The notes under the pieces: generated by a model
What the model was told of the DNA's origin: nothing
What the model saw: only the letters and a program-made list of their open reading frames with translations
The model's database searches: none
Position numbers and translations under genes: made by a program
Virus record (IMG/VR): IMGVR_UViG_3300017706_000970
Coordinates: 1 to 64,000 of that record
Source: a virus
DNA: 64,000 nucleotides
Direction: 5' to 3' (one strand)
Part shown: positions 42,739-52,009 of the stretch, one piece after another
Numbering within the stretch: position 1 is the first letter of the stretch
How the letters are laid out: every line of letters starts with the position of its first letter

Positions 42739-44574
42739 ATGGCCTTTCAAGTAAGTCCCGGCGTACAAGTAAAAGAATTAGATTTAACCACGATCGTTCC
42801 CACTATTGCCACGACCCCAGCGGGTTTTGTTGGATTATTCTCATGGGGGCCCGCAAATGAAGTTGCCACTGTTTCTTCTGAAAACGAATTGAGAGAACTC
42901 TACGGCGAACCAAATGACGCAAACGCTGCACACTGGTGGACCGCCGCGAGTTTCCTTCGTTACGGAAGTAACCTCCAAGTCGTTCGTGCAGAACCAGACA
43001 CATCACTAAATGCCGGTCACGGAACATCAGGAAAAGATGGTGTAACTGGATGTTTCCCACTCACAGATAAACTCGCATCAACCACCGGACCTTTCCAGAG
43101 TACCCAATATTCTTCCGGAACATTCGTTGCAAGATATCCCGGTAAACTCGGCAACTCAATCGGTGTTGCCGTTTGGGATAGTGCCGCAGCAGGAACCGGC
43201 GGTGTAGACGGTGGTACATTTGCAGGATGGGGTGTGGTAGGAGCTACCGGAACATGGGCATCTTACTTCCGCGAGAAACCAGACACATCACAGGCTGCAC
43301 AAAACGCCACTGGAATTACAACTGGTTTTAATGACGAACTTCATATTCTCGTTTTTGATGCCGACGGTAAACTTACTGGAACAAAGAACACTCCATTAGA
43401 AATTTACGAAGCTGTTTCCAAAGCAACAGACGCCAAACTTCCAGATGGATCTACGAACTACTATCGCAACCGAATTAACAATCTTTCGGAATATATCGCA
43501 GTTACAAAGGCTACAGAACAATCATCACCAACTGGTGATGGAGATACGATCGGCGAAGTATATGATGGTGCGGCCGGTAATTCCTTTGGTGCGTTCTTCA
43601 ATCCTACTATCGGCGACGGGACCGGTGCAACAGCCAGCCGACAACTTCGAGATGGTCAACAACTCGCAGGTGGTACTGCCTCTGGTGGTGAGATCGGTGT
43701 TACGAGTGAAATCACTCTTCAGTACGACGCTATCTTCGACAATGCTGAAGAAAGAGACGTATCCTTCCTTATCTCCGGACCAGCTGATACCACACTAAAG
43801 AATAGTCTCGTATCGATTGCTGAACGCAGAAAAGATTGCATCGTAACTCTATCACCAGATTCCGATTCGGTTGTAGAAAAAAGTTCAGGACAGGCCACGG
43901 AAATTCTCGCCGATGCAGCTGCCGTCACAACTAAGTCATCCTTCGCTGTTATGGACAGTGGTTGGAAACTAGTCTACGACCCATACAACGATGTATACCG
44001 ATATGTCCCACTAAACGGTGACATCGCCGGTCTCATGGTTGCATCTGATCAGGATTCAGAACCTTGGTTCTCTCCTGCCGGTTTCAACCGTGGTAGACTA
44101 CGAAACGTAATTAAGCTTGCATACAGTCCCAACAAGGCTGACCGCGATGCTCTCTATGTTAAGGGAGTAAACCCAGTCGTTGCCTTCGAATCAGAAGGTG
44201 TAGTGTTGTTTGGTGACAAGACCATGCTTGCGAAACCAAGTGCATTCGACCGAATCAATGTTCGTCGTCTGTTCAATATTCTTGAGAAATCAATCGCCAC
44301 TGCTGCGAAGTTCTCACTCTTCGAATTCAACGATGAGTTTACAAGAGCGTCCTTCCGCAACTTGGTCGAACCATTCCTCAGAGACGTTCAAGCAAGAAGA
44401 GGTATCTTTGACTTCAAGGTTGTTTGTGACGAATCAAACAACACACCAGTCGTGATTGATAGAAACGAATTTGTTGCAGACATTTACATCAAACCAGCTC
44501 GTTCCATCAACTTTATTACTCTGAACTTTATCGCTACCCCAACTGGTGTAGACTTTGAAGAAATTGGTGCTTGA
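42739..44574 (+). CDS. gp18: Tail sheath protein
   Basis: SPGVQVKELD, PWFSPAGFNRG, FDRINVRRLF, FEFNDEFTR. Confidence 0.98.
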   Translation: MAFQVSPGVQVKELDLTTIVPTIATTPAGFVGLFSWGPANEVATVSSENELRELYGEPNDANAAHWWTAASFLRYGSNLQVVRAEPDTSLNAGHGTSGKDGVTGCFPLTDKLASTTGPFQSTQYSSGTFVARYPGKLGNSIGVAVWDSAAAGTGGVDGGTFAGWGVVGATGTWASYFREKPDTSQAAQNATGITTGFNDELHILVFDADGKLTGTKNTPLEIYEAVSKATDAKLPDGSTNYYRNRINNLSEYIAVTKATEQSSPTGDGDTIGEVYDGAAGNSFGAFFNPTIGDGTGATASRQLRDGQQLAGGTASGGEIGVTSEITLQYDAIFDNAEERDVSFLISGPADTTLKNSLVSIAERRKDCIVTLSPDSDSVVEKSSGQATEILADAAAVTTKSSFAVMDSGWKLVYDPYNDVYRYVPLNGDIAGLMVASDQDSEPWFSPAGFNRGRLRNVIKLAYSPNKADRDALYVKGVNPVVAFESEGVVLFGDKTMLAKPSAFDRINVRRLFNILEKSIATAAKFSLFEFNDEFTRASFRNLVEPFLRDVQARRGIFDFKVVCDESNNTPVVIDRNEFVADIYIKPARSINFITLNFIATPTGVDFEEIGA

Positions 44575-44588
44575 TTTTAAAAATCTCG

Positions 44589-44596
44589 TATAAATA
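44589..44596 (+). promoter_or_regulatory. T4 late promoter
   Basis: TATAAATA upstream of gp19. Confidence 0.8.
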
Positions 44597-44622
44597 AAGT
44601 AGAAAGAAACTAGGAGTCCCAA

Positions 44623-45210
44623 ATGCCTTCACTAAAAGTCGATCAGATTAAACAAGTTCTTAAGGGCGGTGTACGAAGTAATCTCTTCCAAATCACCGTT
44701 AACAGAACGGCTTCAGGAGTTAATGTTCCTGCCCTGCCGTTCGGTGACAACGGACAGAACCTTTCTGTTCTTGTGAGAGCTGGTCAAATCCCAGCGTCTA
44801 CAATTGCACCAATCGAAGTTCCATTCCGTGGAACCAGATTCAAGACTGTAGGTGAGAGAACATTCGAGCCATGGACAATGACCGTTTATAACGATCAGGA
44901 GATGCAGATTCGTGGATTCTTTGAAGAGTGGGCAAACGCCATGAAGGGGTTTGCTTCGAACGTAGGTCAACAAGATCCAACCACTCTGTTTGGTATTGTT
45001 GAAATTCGTCAACTAAATATGGCAGGAGAGATCATCGGTCAACCTTGGGTACTTCAAGATTGCTGGCCATCAGACATCAGTGCAATTGATCTCTCAAATG
45101 ATGCAGAAGGTGCCTTATCAGAGTTCTCCGTTACTTGGCAATACCAGTACTGGACACATCAACCGTTTACTGATGGTCCCAACATTGATGTCAACAACGC
45201 CGGTCTTTGA
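44623..45210 (+). CDS. gp19: Tail tube protein
   Basis: GGVRSNLF, VPFRG, GERTFEPWTMTVYND, WPSDISAIDLS. Confidence 0.95.
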   Translation: MPSLKVDQIKQVLKGGVRSNLFQITVNRTASGVNVPALPFGDNGQNLSVLVRAGQIPASTIAPIEVPFRGTRFKTVGERTFEPWTMTVYNDQEMQIRGFFEEWANAMKGFASNVGQQDPTTLFGIVEIRQLNMAGEIIGQPWVLQDCWPSDISAIDLSNDAEGALSEFSVTWQYQYWTHQPFTDGPNIDVNNAGL

Positions 45211-45235
45211 TATATTTTAACATGAAGGAAGTGAT

Positions 45236-46798
45236 ATGCCGAACCTATTTGGTTTCTCATTCGGGAAGAACAATAAAGATTTAGATAGTTCCATCATCCA
45301 ACCAGATGGTACACTAGTAAACCCATCATTTGTCCCACCAGAGGTCGATGATGGGTCTACTGTTGTTGGTGGTGGTGGACATTTCGGACAGTACCTAGAT
45401 TTAGATGGTGCAGTTCGTAATGACGCAGAAATGATAATCAAGTATCGTTCAATGACGGCTCATGCTGAAATTGAAATGGCAATGGAAGATATTCTAAACG
45501 AAGCCATCGTTTATGAATTGGATTATCCTGCTGTAAAACTCAGACTTGATCAGTCCAATCTAACAGATACAATCAAGGATAAAGTTACCGAAGAGTTTAA
45601 TACGATTCTTCGGTTACTGAATTTTGCAAACAAGGGTTATGAAATTTTCAGACGATGGTACATCGATGGTCGATTATATTATCACATCATTGTGGATCCT
45701 GCTGCTACCAAAAAAGGTATCAAGGAACTTCGTGCAGTTGATGCGGTGAAGATCAAGAAGATTAAGAAAATTGATAAGATAAAAGACCCATCAACTCAGG
45801 TTCCTATTGTAACCAAAGTCGAAGACTTTTACATCTATTATGATAAAGCATATATGGATCGTTATGGTGGTGGCGGTATGTCTGTAGTGAACAACCAAGG
45901 CATCGATGGTATTAAGATTGCAAAAGAAGCAATCTGTTATGTTCCATCTGGAATGTATGACTTCGAGAACAAACGAGTGACTGGTTATCTTCAGAAGGCA
46001 ATCAAACCACTTAACCAACTTCGGATGATTGAAGACGCTGTAGTCATCTATAGAATCTCAAGAGCTCCCGAACGAAGAATCTTTTATATTGACGTTGGTT
46101 CATTACCTAAGACTAAGGCAGAACAATATCTTCGAGAGATCATGAATAAGTATCGAAACAAACTAGTGTACGATGCTTCTACAGGTGAACTCAAAGACGA
46201 TAAGAAGCACATGACGATGCTTGAAGACTTCTGGTTACCTCGTCGTGAAGGTGGTAGAGGAACCGAAATCAGTACACTAGATGGTGGTCAGAATCTAGGC
46301 GAGATGGAAGATGTAGAATACTTCAAAAAGAAACTGTACAGAGCTCTCAATGTTCCTGTTACTCGACTCGAACCAGACAGTGGTTTCAACATGGGCAGAG
46401 CATCGGAGATTACAAGAGATGAACTTAAGTTCTCCAAATTTGTAGACAAACTACGTTCTGCTTTCTCTCAACTTTTTATCAGTCTTCTCAAGACTCAAGT
46501 TATTCTTAAGGGTATTATGAGAGAAGAAGAGTGGAGATCTCTAGAACAGGATATTCGTTTTGACTATATTCGAGATTCTTACTTCACAGAATTGAAAAAT
46601 GCTGAAATGATGAAAGAACGACTTGAGATCCTACAACAAATGGAAGAGTTTATTGGTACTTACTATTCAAGAGATTTTGTTCGCAAGAATGTTCTTCGTC
46701 AGACTGAAGAAGAAATTAAAGATATGGACGCACAAATTCGAGCAGAAGAGAAAAGTGGCGACATAGATATTAATGCAGACCAAGATAATCAGGAGTAG
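45236..46798 (+). CDS. gp20: Portal protein
   Basis: WYIDGRLYY, NQLRMIEDA, YRISRAPERRIFYIDVG, EDFWLPRREGGRGTEI. Confidence 0.98.
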   Translation: MPNLFGFSFGKNNKDLDSSIIQPDGTLVNPSFVPPEVDDGSTVVGGGGHFGQYLDLDGAVRNDAEMIIKYRSMTAHAEIEMAMEDILNEAIVYELDYPAVKLRLDQSNLTDTIKDKVTEEFNTILRLLNFANKGYEIFRRWYIDGRLYYHIIVDPAATKKGIKELRAVDAVKIKKIKKIDKIKDPSTQVPIVTKVEDFYIYYDKAYMDRYGGGGMSVVNNQGIDGIKIAKEAICYVPSGMYDFENKRVTGYLQKAIKPLNQLRMIEDAVVIYRISRAPERRIFYIDVGSLPKTKAEQYLREIMNKYRNKLVYDASTGELKDDKKHMTMLEDFWLPRREGGRGTEISTLDGGQNLGEMEDVEYFKKKLYRALNVPVTRLEPDSGFNMGRASEITRDELKFSKFVDKLRSAFSQLFISLLKTQVILKGIMREEEWRSLEQDIRFDYIRDSYFTELKNAEMMKERLEILQQMEEFIGTYYSRDFVRKNVLRQTEEEIKDMDAQIRAEEKSGDIDINADQDNQE

Positions 46799-46801
46799 TA
46801 A

Positions 46802-47305
46802 ATGGCTTCAGCAAATTACGACATTTCACATGAACAGGGAACCAACTTTGTTCTCAACATAAACTATTATGATGATTTAGGTGTTCCTCTTGATCTTAGT
46901 TATGGTTATTGGGCACAGATGGATGTCAGGGGACAAAGATATGAACTTGACACCGAAAATGATACACTAAAGTTACGTTTTTCAACATCAAACGTATATG
47001 GTGTAACTGGATCTATATCACCAAATAAGGGTGCCACTGCTGGTCACATATCATTAAACGGTGAGTACGTCTATAGTGATACAGGAGAAGGAGCCACTAC
47101 TAGTGGAGTAACCGGTCAAATTTCACTATCCTTTACCAAAGAAATATCCACACAACTTGCATCAGGATCATCACTGTTTGATCTTTTTTTATTCGATGAC
47201 CGAGGAATATCAAGTGGAACCACGGGTGATGCTTACGCAGAAAAACTAATATCCGGTAAATTTATAATCTCACCTGCAATTTCAGATCCAAATTTCGGAG
47301 GTTAA
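46802..47305 (+). CDS. Putative virion structural protein
   Basis: ANYDI..EQGTNF.L..LSYG..AQMDVR..GQISLS..T..L..KLISG.F..SP pattern of small beta-sandwich virion proteins. Confidence 0.6.
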   Translation: MASANYDISHEQGTNFVLNINYYDDLGVPLDLSYGYWAQMDVRGQRYELDTENDTLKLRFSTSNVYGVTGSISPNKGATAGHISLNGEYVYSDTGEGATTSGVTGQISLSFTKEISTQLASGSSLFDLFLFDDRGISSGTTGDAYAEKLISGKFIISPAISDPNFGG

Positions 47306-47308
47306 TCT

Positions 47309-48232
47309 ATGCCATTACAGGTATTAAACGCCACTGGATTTGAAATAGCAAAATTTGGTGGTAGTTTTATTAATTTGCACAGAGTTTCTGTGGAACAAAA
47401 TAATGGAGGCGCTCAGTTTTTACCGGAAGTTGCAAATCCAGCTGTTCCCCGTGGAGCTGTTAGTGTTGGTATGGGAACTAATCAATGTCTTTCTGGATTT
47501 AAACAAGATCCGTCCAGACGATCTTTTTTCTCTATCGACACTAGTGGATTATCAATTCCCATCGAAACATGCAATACTCCTGTAGGTAAGCAGAAATTCT
47601 TTGATCAATTTAAATTACCAGTTGCACATGATGACCAATTCTTAAATAGAGATCCTACCGGAGATTATATTGACGGTGTTAATATTCTTAACACAGATTT
47701 CGGAAGAAAAAAATATTCGGCTAGCGGAACTGGTAATAATATTCAAGTAGTTTCTGCTATATCCTTTTCCCTTACACAGACCACAGAGTTCAATCCAACA
47801 TATGATGCAATGATTGATGTTCATTGGGCAAGAGGTATGGATACTTCTGGTTCCTGTCCATCTGCCACAATATTTCAACCTTTAATTGTACCAGATCAAA
47901 GAAATGAGGAAGGTTTAAATATTGCTAGATATGGTTACAAGGGTCAGTGGTGGTTATCTGGTTCTAGGTATTATTTAGAAATAAGACACGGATTAAACAC
48001 TATGGATTATAGTGCAATCGTTAATGATGGAGGTTGGTTTGTGCAAATTCCTAAAAATAATTCTCTTATTCTTTCTAGATACATTGAACAAAAAACTTCT
48101 TACTTAGAAACCAATAAAAGATACGAAACAGACGAATCAATGTTTGAACTACCGAAGGGTAGAATAAACGTGACAATTTTTGCTGATCCATGTGATATAA
48201 CTAGTCAAACTAACCCGTTAAGTATTGGATAA
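47309..48232 (+). CDS. Hypothetical protein
   Basis: 307-aa ORF with SD GGAGG, in an AT-richer block. Confidence 0.7.
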   Translation: MPLQVLNATGFEIAKFGGSFINLHRVSVEQNNGGAQFLPEVANPAVPRGAVSVGMGTNQCLSGFKQDPSRRSFFSIDTSGLSIPIETCNTPVGKQKFFDQFKLPVAHDDQFLNRDPTGDYIDGVNILNTDFGRKKYSASGTGNNIQVVSAISFSLTQTTEFNPTYDAMIDVHWARGMDTSGSCPSATIFQPLIVPDQRNEEGLNIARYGYKGQWWLSGSRYYLEIRHGLNTMDYSAIVNDGGWFVQIPKNNSLILSRYIEQKTSYLETNKRYETDESMFELPKGRINVTIFADPCDITSQTNPLSIG

Positions 48233-48234
48233 TT

Positions 48235-49602
48235 ATGGAAGGTAGTAATCAAAAAATAACTGGTTATATAAAGATCATAGAACCAACTGAAAGTGTTCTC
48301 TTAACGGGGGGAAATCCGTTAAGACTTTCTCGTAGGCGAGATGAAATAGTTTTAGATTTAACTATTAGAGATAAAAAAAATCATTACTTCTATGATGACT
48401 ACAATAGTAAATTTTTTATGCCAGAACCATGTATTCCATGTTTTAATGGTAGAGGTATAGATGAATGTTGCGGACAAGATTTATGTGATATTGGCAGTGT
48501 TGGTATTGTTACTAATATTTCACAGTCTCCAAAAGATACCGTATTTCTTGCGCCGCCAATTATCCCACCTCCCATAATAATCCCTAGGCCGCCTGGCATT
48601 CCAATACCGGGATTTGAAGATGAGGATGAACAAGAAGAAGAAGATAGTTGTCCATCGACAGTAACTCGTTACGGGAGACTAGGAGACTCTTGCAGTGAAG
48701 AGTGTTGTTTTTGCGGAAATGTAGAACACTGCATAGAAATTACTTCATATAAGTCAGGTTTTATTGTAAGACAATGTGCTCCGGCAGAATCTCAACTTCC
48801 TCCTGAATGTGCGACATTTAGTGGTTGTACTTGTCCCACATGTGATTGTGATTGTGATAATGATTATAATCCAAATGAATATTGTTACTGTCCATGTTCA
48901 ATACCTAGAAGGGAACCTAGTGTAGAATTTAAAACATGTGAAACTAAAACTGTAAGAGCATGTTGGTCACCAAGTGACGGACTTGAAGATGATGGAAGAA
49001 TGAAATTTACAGCAAGTGATGGTACAACAGCTTTCCTAGATTTTGAAACAAGTTCGTTCATTCCCGGAAATTTAGGTTCCGGACTACAACATACTGAAAA
49101 TATTACATCAGAGGATCCCGAGGTTCCCGGAGCATTTGATTCATGTCCGCAAGACCAAGCTTCTTCGATTTCATACGGGGGAATACCATGTTTACTTGGA
49201 TGTGGTTATGGAGAAGGATTTAGTTGCGAACCGTTGGAAGATCTTTCACCGGAGACTAACACAAATGGATGTCAAAGTGGAAGCACAACTTATTATCAAT
49301 ATGCGTGTTATGGTATTTTAACATGTCCACAAGGTACACATTTTTCTGAGTGTATTAAAGTTCCACGCATAACTTTTTCTTGGAGTAAAATAGAATTGCG
49401 AGACGACATCGGAGATGGAGGACAATTCAATATACCAACACCCGTGCCTATAGGACTACCTTTCGGTGGGCCCGAATATTCACCTGCTACTGATTGTCAA
49501 ACAAGAACATCTTCTTCTTGTGGACAAGAATCTGATGGAGGATTACCAGAAGATTACCAAACAGACTTCGGCGGTACATTATATCCACCATCTGCTGGAT
49601 AA
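48235..49602 (+). CDS. Cys-rich hypothetical protein
   Basis: 33 Cys in 455 aa by manual count; Pro-rich then acidic linker. Confidence 0.75.
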   Translation: MEGSNQKITGYIKIIEPTESVLLTGGNPLRLSRRRDEIVLDLTIRDKKNHYFYDDYNSKFFMPEPCIPCFNGRGIDECCGQDLCDIGSVGIVTNISQSPKDTVFLAPPIIPPPIIIPRPPGIPIPGFEDEDEQEEEDSCPSTVTRYGRLGDSCSEECCFCGNVEHCIEITSYKSGFIVRQCAPAESQLPPECATFSGCTCPTCDCDCDNDYNPNEYCYCPCSIPRREPSVEFKTCETKTVRACWSPSDGLEDDGRMKFTASDGTTAFLDFETSSFIPGNLGSGLQHTENITSEDPEVPGAFDSCPQDQASSISYGGIPCLLGCGYGEGFSCEPLEDLSPETNTNGCQSGSTTYYQYACYGILTCPQGTHFSECIKVPRITFSWSKIELRDDIGDGGQFNIPTPVPIGLPFGGPEYSPATDCQTRTSSSCGQESDGGLPEDYQTDFGGTLYPPSAG

Positions 49603-49614
49603 AAAACACGTTTT

Positions 49615-49622
49615 TATAAATA
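49615..49622 (+). promoter_or_regulatory. T4 late promoter
   Basis: TATAAATA. Confidence 0.8.
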
Positions 49623-49647
49623 TACAAGAACTCTAAGGAGACTTTAA

Positions 49648-50139
49648 ATGTCACATGTTAACAAAATTATCGAAGGGTTAATCGAAGAAAACCCATCAGA
49701 AGTAAAGCAAGCTATCGAGGATACTCTCATGAGTAAACTTGCCGATAGGCTCGAGATTGCAAGAGAAGAAATCGCCTCTGCTATTCTCGACGAGAAGAAG
49801 AAAGAAGACAAAGAAGATGAACTTGAGAAGGAACTCGATGACGATGAAACCGGCGAGTCTTTCCCAGTAAAAGATGAAGAAGAAGAAGAAATAGATGACG
49901 AGGATGAGGACGAAGAAGTAAAGCCAAAAAAGAAAGTTAAAGAAGGTTCATATATGCCTGGCCGGGGCAAAGCAAAAGACGCAAAACACTCTACCATGGC
50001 CAAAGACTACAAAGAAAGTGCATTAGATGCAGTTGGTGGAGAAGACGACGATGTTAACAACGATGGTAAGGTAAATTCCTCGGACTCTTATCTCAAGAAC
50101 CGAAGAAAAACAATCGCCAACAAGATGAAGTCCCGCTGA
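49648..50139 (+). CDS. Prohead core protein (gp67-like) with acidic extension
   Basis: Position before gp21; helical N-terminus ..KLADRLE..EIA; Glu/Asp/Lys-rich; C-terminal [12 protein letters not shown] loop. Confidence 0.7.
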   Translation: MSHVNKIIEGLIEENPSEVKQAIEDTLMSKLADRLEIAREEIASAILDEKKKEDKEDELEKELDDDETGESFPVKDEEEEEIDDEDEDEEVKPKKKVKEGSYMPGRGKAKDAKHSTMAKDYKESALDAVGGEDDDVNNDGKVNSSDSYLKNRRKTIANKMKSR

Positions 50140-50162
50140 TATAACCTTAAGAGAGAAGAACT

Positions 50163-50807
50163 ATGCTTCTAATAACAGAACAAAGAGATGACATTCAATG
50201 TCTCACTGAAGCCACCGAAGATGGAAAGAAAAACTATTTCATCGAAGGTATCTTCATGCAGTCAGAGAAAGTAAACCGCAACGGTAGAATGTATGAGAGA
50301 AAAATTCTCTTCAACGAAGCAGACCGTTACAACAAAGAATACGTTCAGAAGAGTAGAGCAATGGGAGAGTTGGGACACCCAGACGGACCGTCACTAAATC
50401 TCGAACGTGTATGTCACAACATTGTTGAAATGAGTTTTGACGGCGACAACGTAATGGGCAAAGCAAAAATTCTCGATACTCCCTATGGAAAAATCGTCAA
50501 GAGTCTCATCGATGATGGGGTAAAACTTGGTGTATCCACTAGAGGTATGGGAACACTTGAAGAGAAAAATGGAGTCAAGATGGTTAAGGAAGACTTCATG
50601 CTCACCGCAGTTGACGTTGTTGCAGATCCATCTGCCCCTGATGCCTTTGTCAACGGTATCATGGAAGGTAAAGAATGGGTATGGAATAACGGTATGCTCA
50701 AAGAACGAGAAATCGAAACCTATAGAAAAACAATAACCAAAGCTGAACGAGAAAATCTCGAAGAACAGAAACTTAATGTGTTCCGAGATTTCCTTTCAAA
50801 ATTATGA
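50163..50807 (+). CDS. gp21: Prohead protease
   Basis: IEGIFMQ, NRNGRMY, GELGHP, GVSTRGMG, DVVADPSAPDA. Confidence 0.97.
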   Translation: MLLITEQRDDIQCLTEATEDGKKNYFIEGIFMQSEKVNRNGRMYERKILFNEADRYNKEYVQKSRAMGELGHPDGPSLNLERVCHNIVEMSFDGDNVMGKAKILDTPYGKIVKSLIDDGVKLGVSTRGMGTLEEKNGVKMVKEDFMLTAVDVVADPSAPDAFVNGIMEGKEWVWNNGMLKEREIETYRKTITKAERENLEEQKLNVFRDFLSKL

Positions 50808-50819
50808 TTTTACTAAATA
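50805..50819 (+). promoter_or_regulatory. Late promoter candidate for gp22/gp23
   Basis: TGATTTTACTAAATA. Confidence 0.65.
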
Positions 50820-50852
50820 ATACTACTGTAAGGTAACAAAAGGAGTCCTTAA

Positions 50853-51986
50853 ATGAGTTCAGATAGCCTAAGCCCAATCGAGGCAGCAAGAAATATTCTT
50901 GCCGGAAAAAACCGTAAAGAAGAATCAGCTTCGGAACTGGTCGAAGGCCTTGCGATCGAAGACGAGAATGATGAAGTTATCACTCTCGAAGATAATGATT
51001 ATGAGGAATTCGACGAGGACGAAGAGGATCAAGACAACTTAGAAGAGGAGTCACCCGAAATGAAGCCTAAGAAACCATCAATGGCCGGAGAAAAAGGCGC
51101 CGCTGTCGAGAAAGACGCCACCGGTAAGTCCGCATTCGATGCCTCAGGTAAAGGACCAGTCATTGGTACTGAAGCCGGCACCGAAGGTAAAGATAAGCCT
51201 AATAAAAAATCTGTCGCCGCTAAACCTTCTGCTGCTTCACCCAAGGTTGAAAAGCCTCATATGAAAGAGCATATGGATGCTCTCTTCGCAGGTGAAGAAT
51301 TAACAGAAGACTTCAAGGAGAAGGCAACAACCATCTTCGAAGCAGCTGTTAATGATTCATTAAGCGTCTACGCTGAAGCTCTCGAAGAGAACTACAACGA
51401 ACGCCTTATGGAAACAGCTGCTGAGATTGAAGAAAACCTCACCGCAGAACTCGACGACTATCTAGGATACGTTGTTGAGAACTGGATGAAGGATAATGAA
51501 CTCGCAGTCGAACGAGGCATTCGTGCTGAAGTTGCCGAGTCATTCATGGAAGATCTTCGCGGTGTCTTTGAAAATCACTTCATTGATATCCCAGAAGATA
51601 AATTCGATGTCGTTGAAGGTATGGCCGAGGAACTCGAAGACCTCACCGCTAAACTCAATGAAGAGATCGAACGAAACATGGAAATGAGAAACGATATGGA
51701 AGGCCTTCACTGTGAAGGTGTCTTTACCGATATGGCCGAAGGACTAGTAGACACTGATGTCGAAAAACTTCGTTCACTCGCAGAAGGTATCGATTTCGAT
51801 AATGCGGAACAATTCGCAGAGAAACTCTCAGTTCTTAAAGAAAGTTACTTCACTAAGTCAAACGCTTCGGATGAAGTTACCTTTATTACAGAAGAGTCCG
51901 ACTCAGAAGAACCAACTTCCATTCAGGAAACAACTGGTCCAATGAGTTTCTACGCCCAAGCAATTTCAAGACAACAAAGAAAATAG
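50853..51986 (+). CDS. gp22: Prohead scaffolding protein
   Basis: ELTEDFKEKATTIFEAAV, YVVENWM..N, LKESYF. Confidence 0.95.
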   Translation: MSSDSLSPIEAARNILAGKNRKEESASELVEGLAIEDENDEVITLEDNDYEEFDEDEEDQDNLEEESPEMKPKKPSMAGEKGAAVEKDATGKSAFDASGKGPVIGTEAGTEGKDKPNKKSVAAKPSAASPKVEKPHMKEHMDALFAGEELTEDFKEKATTIFEAAVNDSLSVYAEALEENYNERLMETAAEIEENLTAELDDYLGYVVENWMKDNELAVERGIRAEVAESFMEDLRGVFENHFIDIPEDKFDVVEGMAEELEDLTAKLNEEIERNMEMRNDMEGLHCEGVFTDMAEGLVDTDVEKLRSLAEGIDFDNAEQFAEKLSVLKESYFTKSNASDEVTFITEESDSEEPTSIQETTGPMSFYAQAISRQQRK

Positions 51987-52009
51987 TCTAAATCAAAAGG
52001 AGATTTTAG

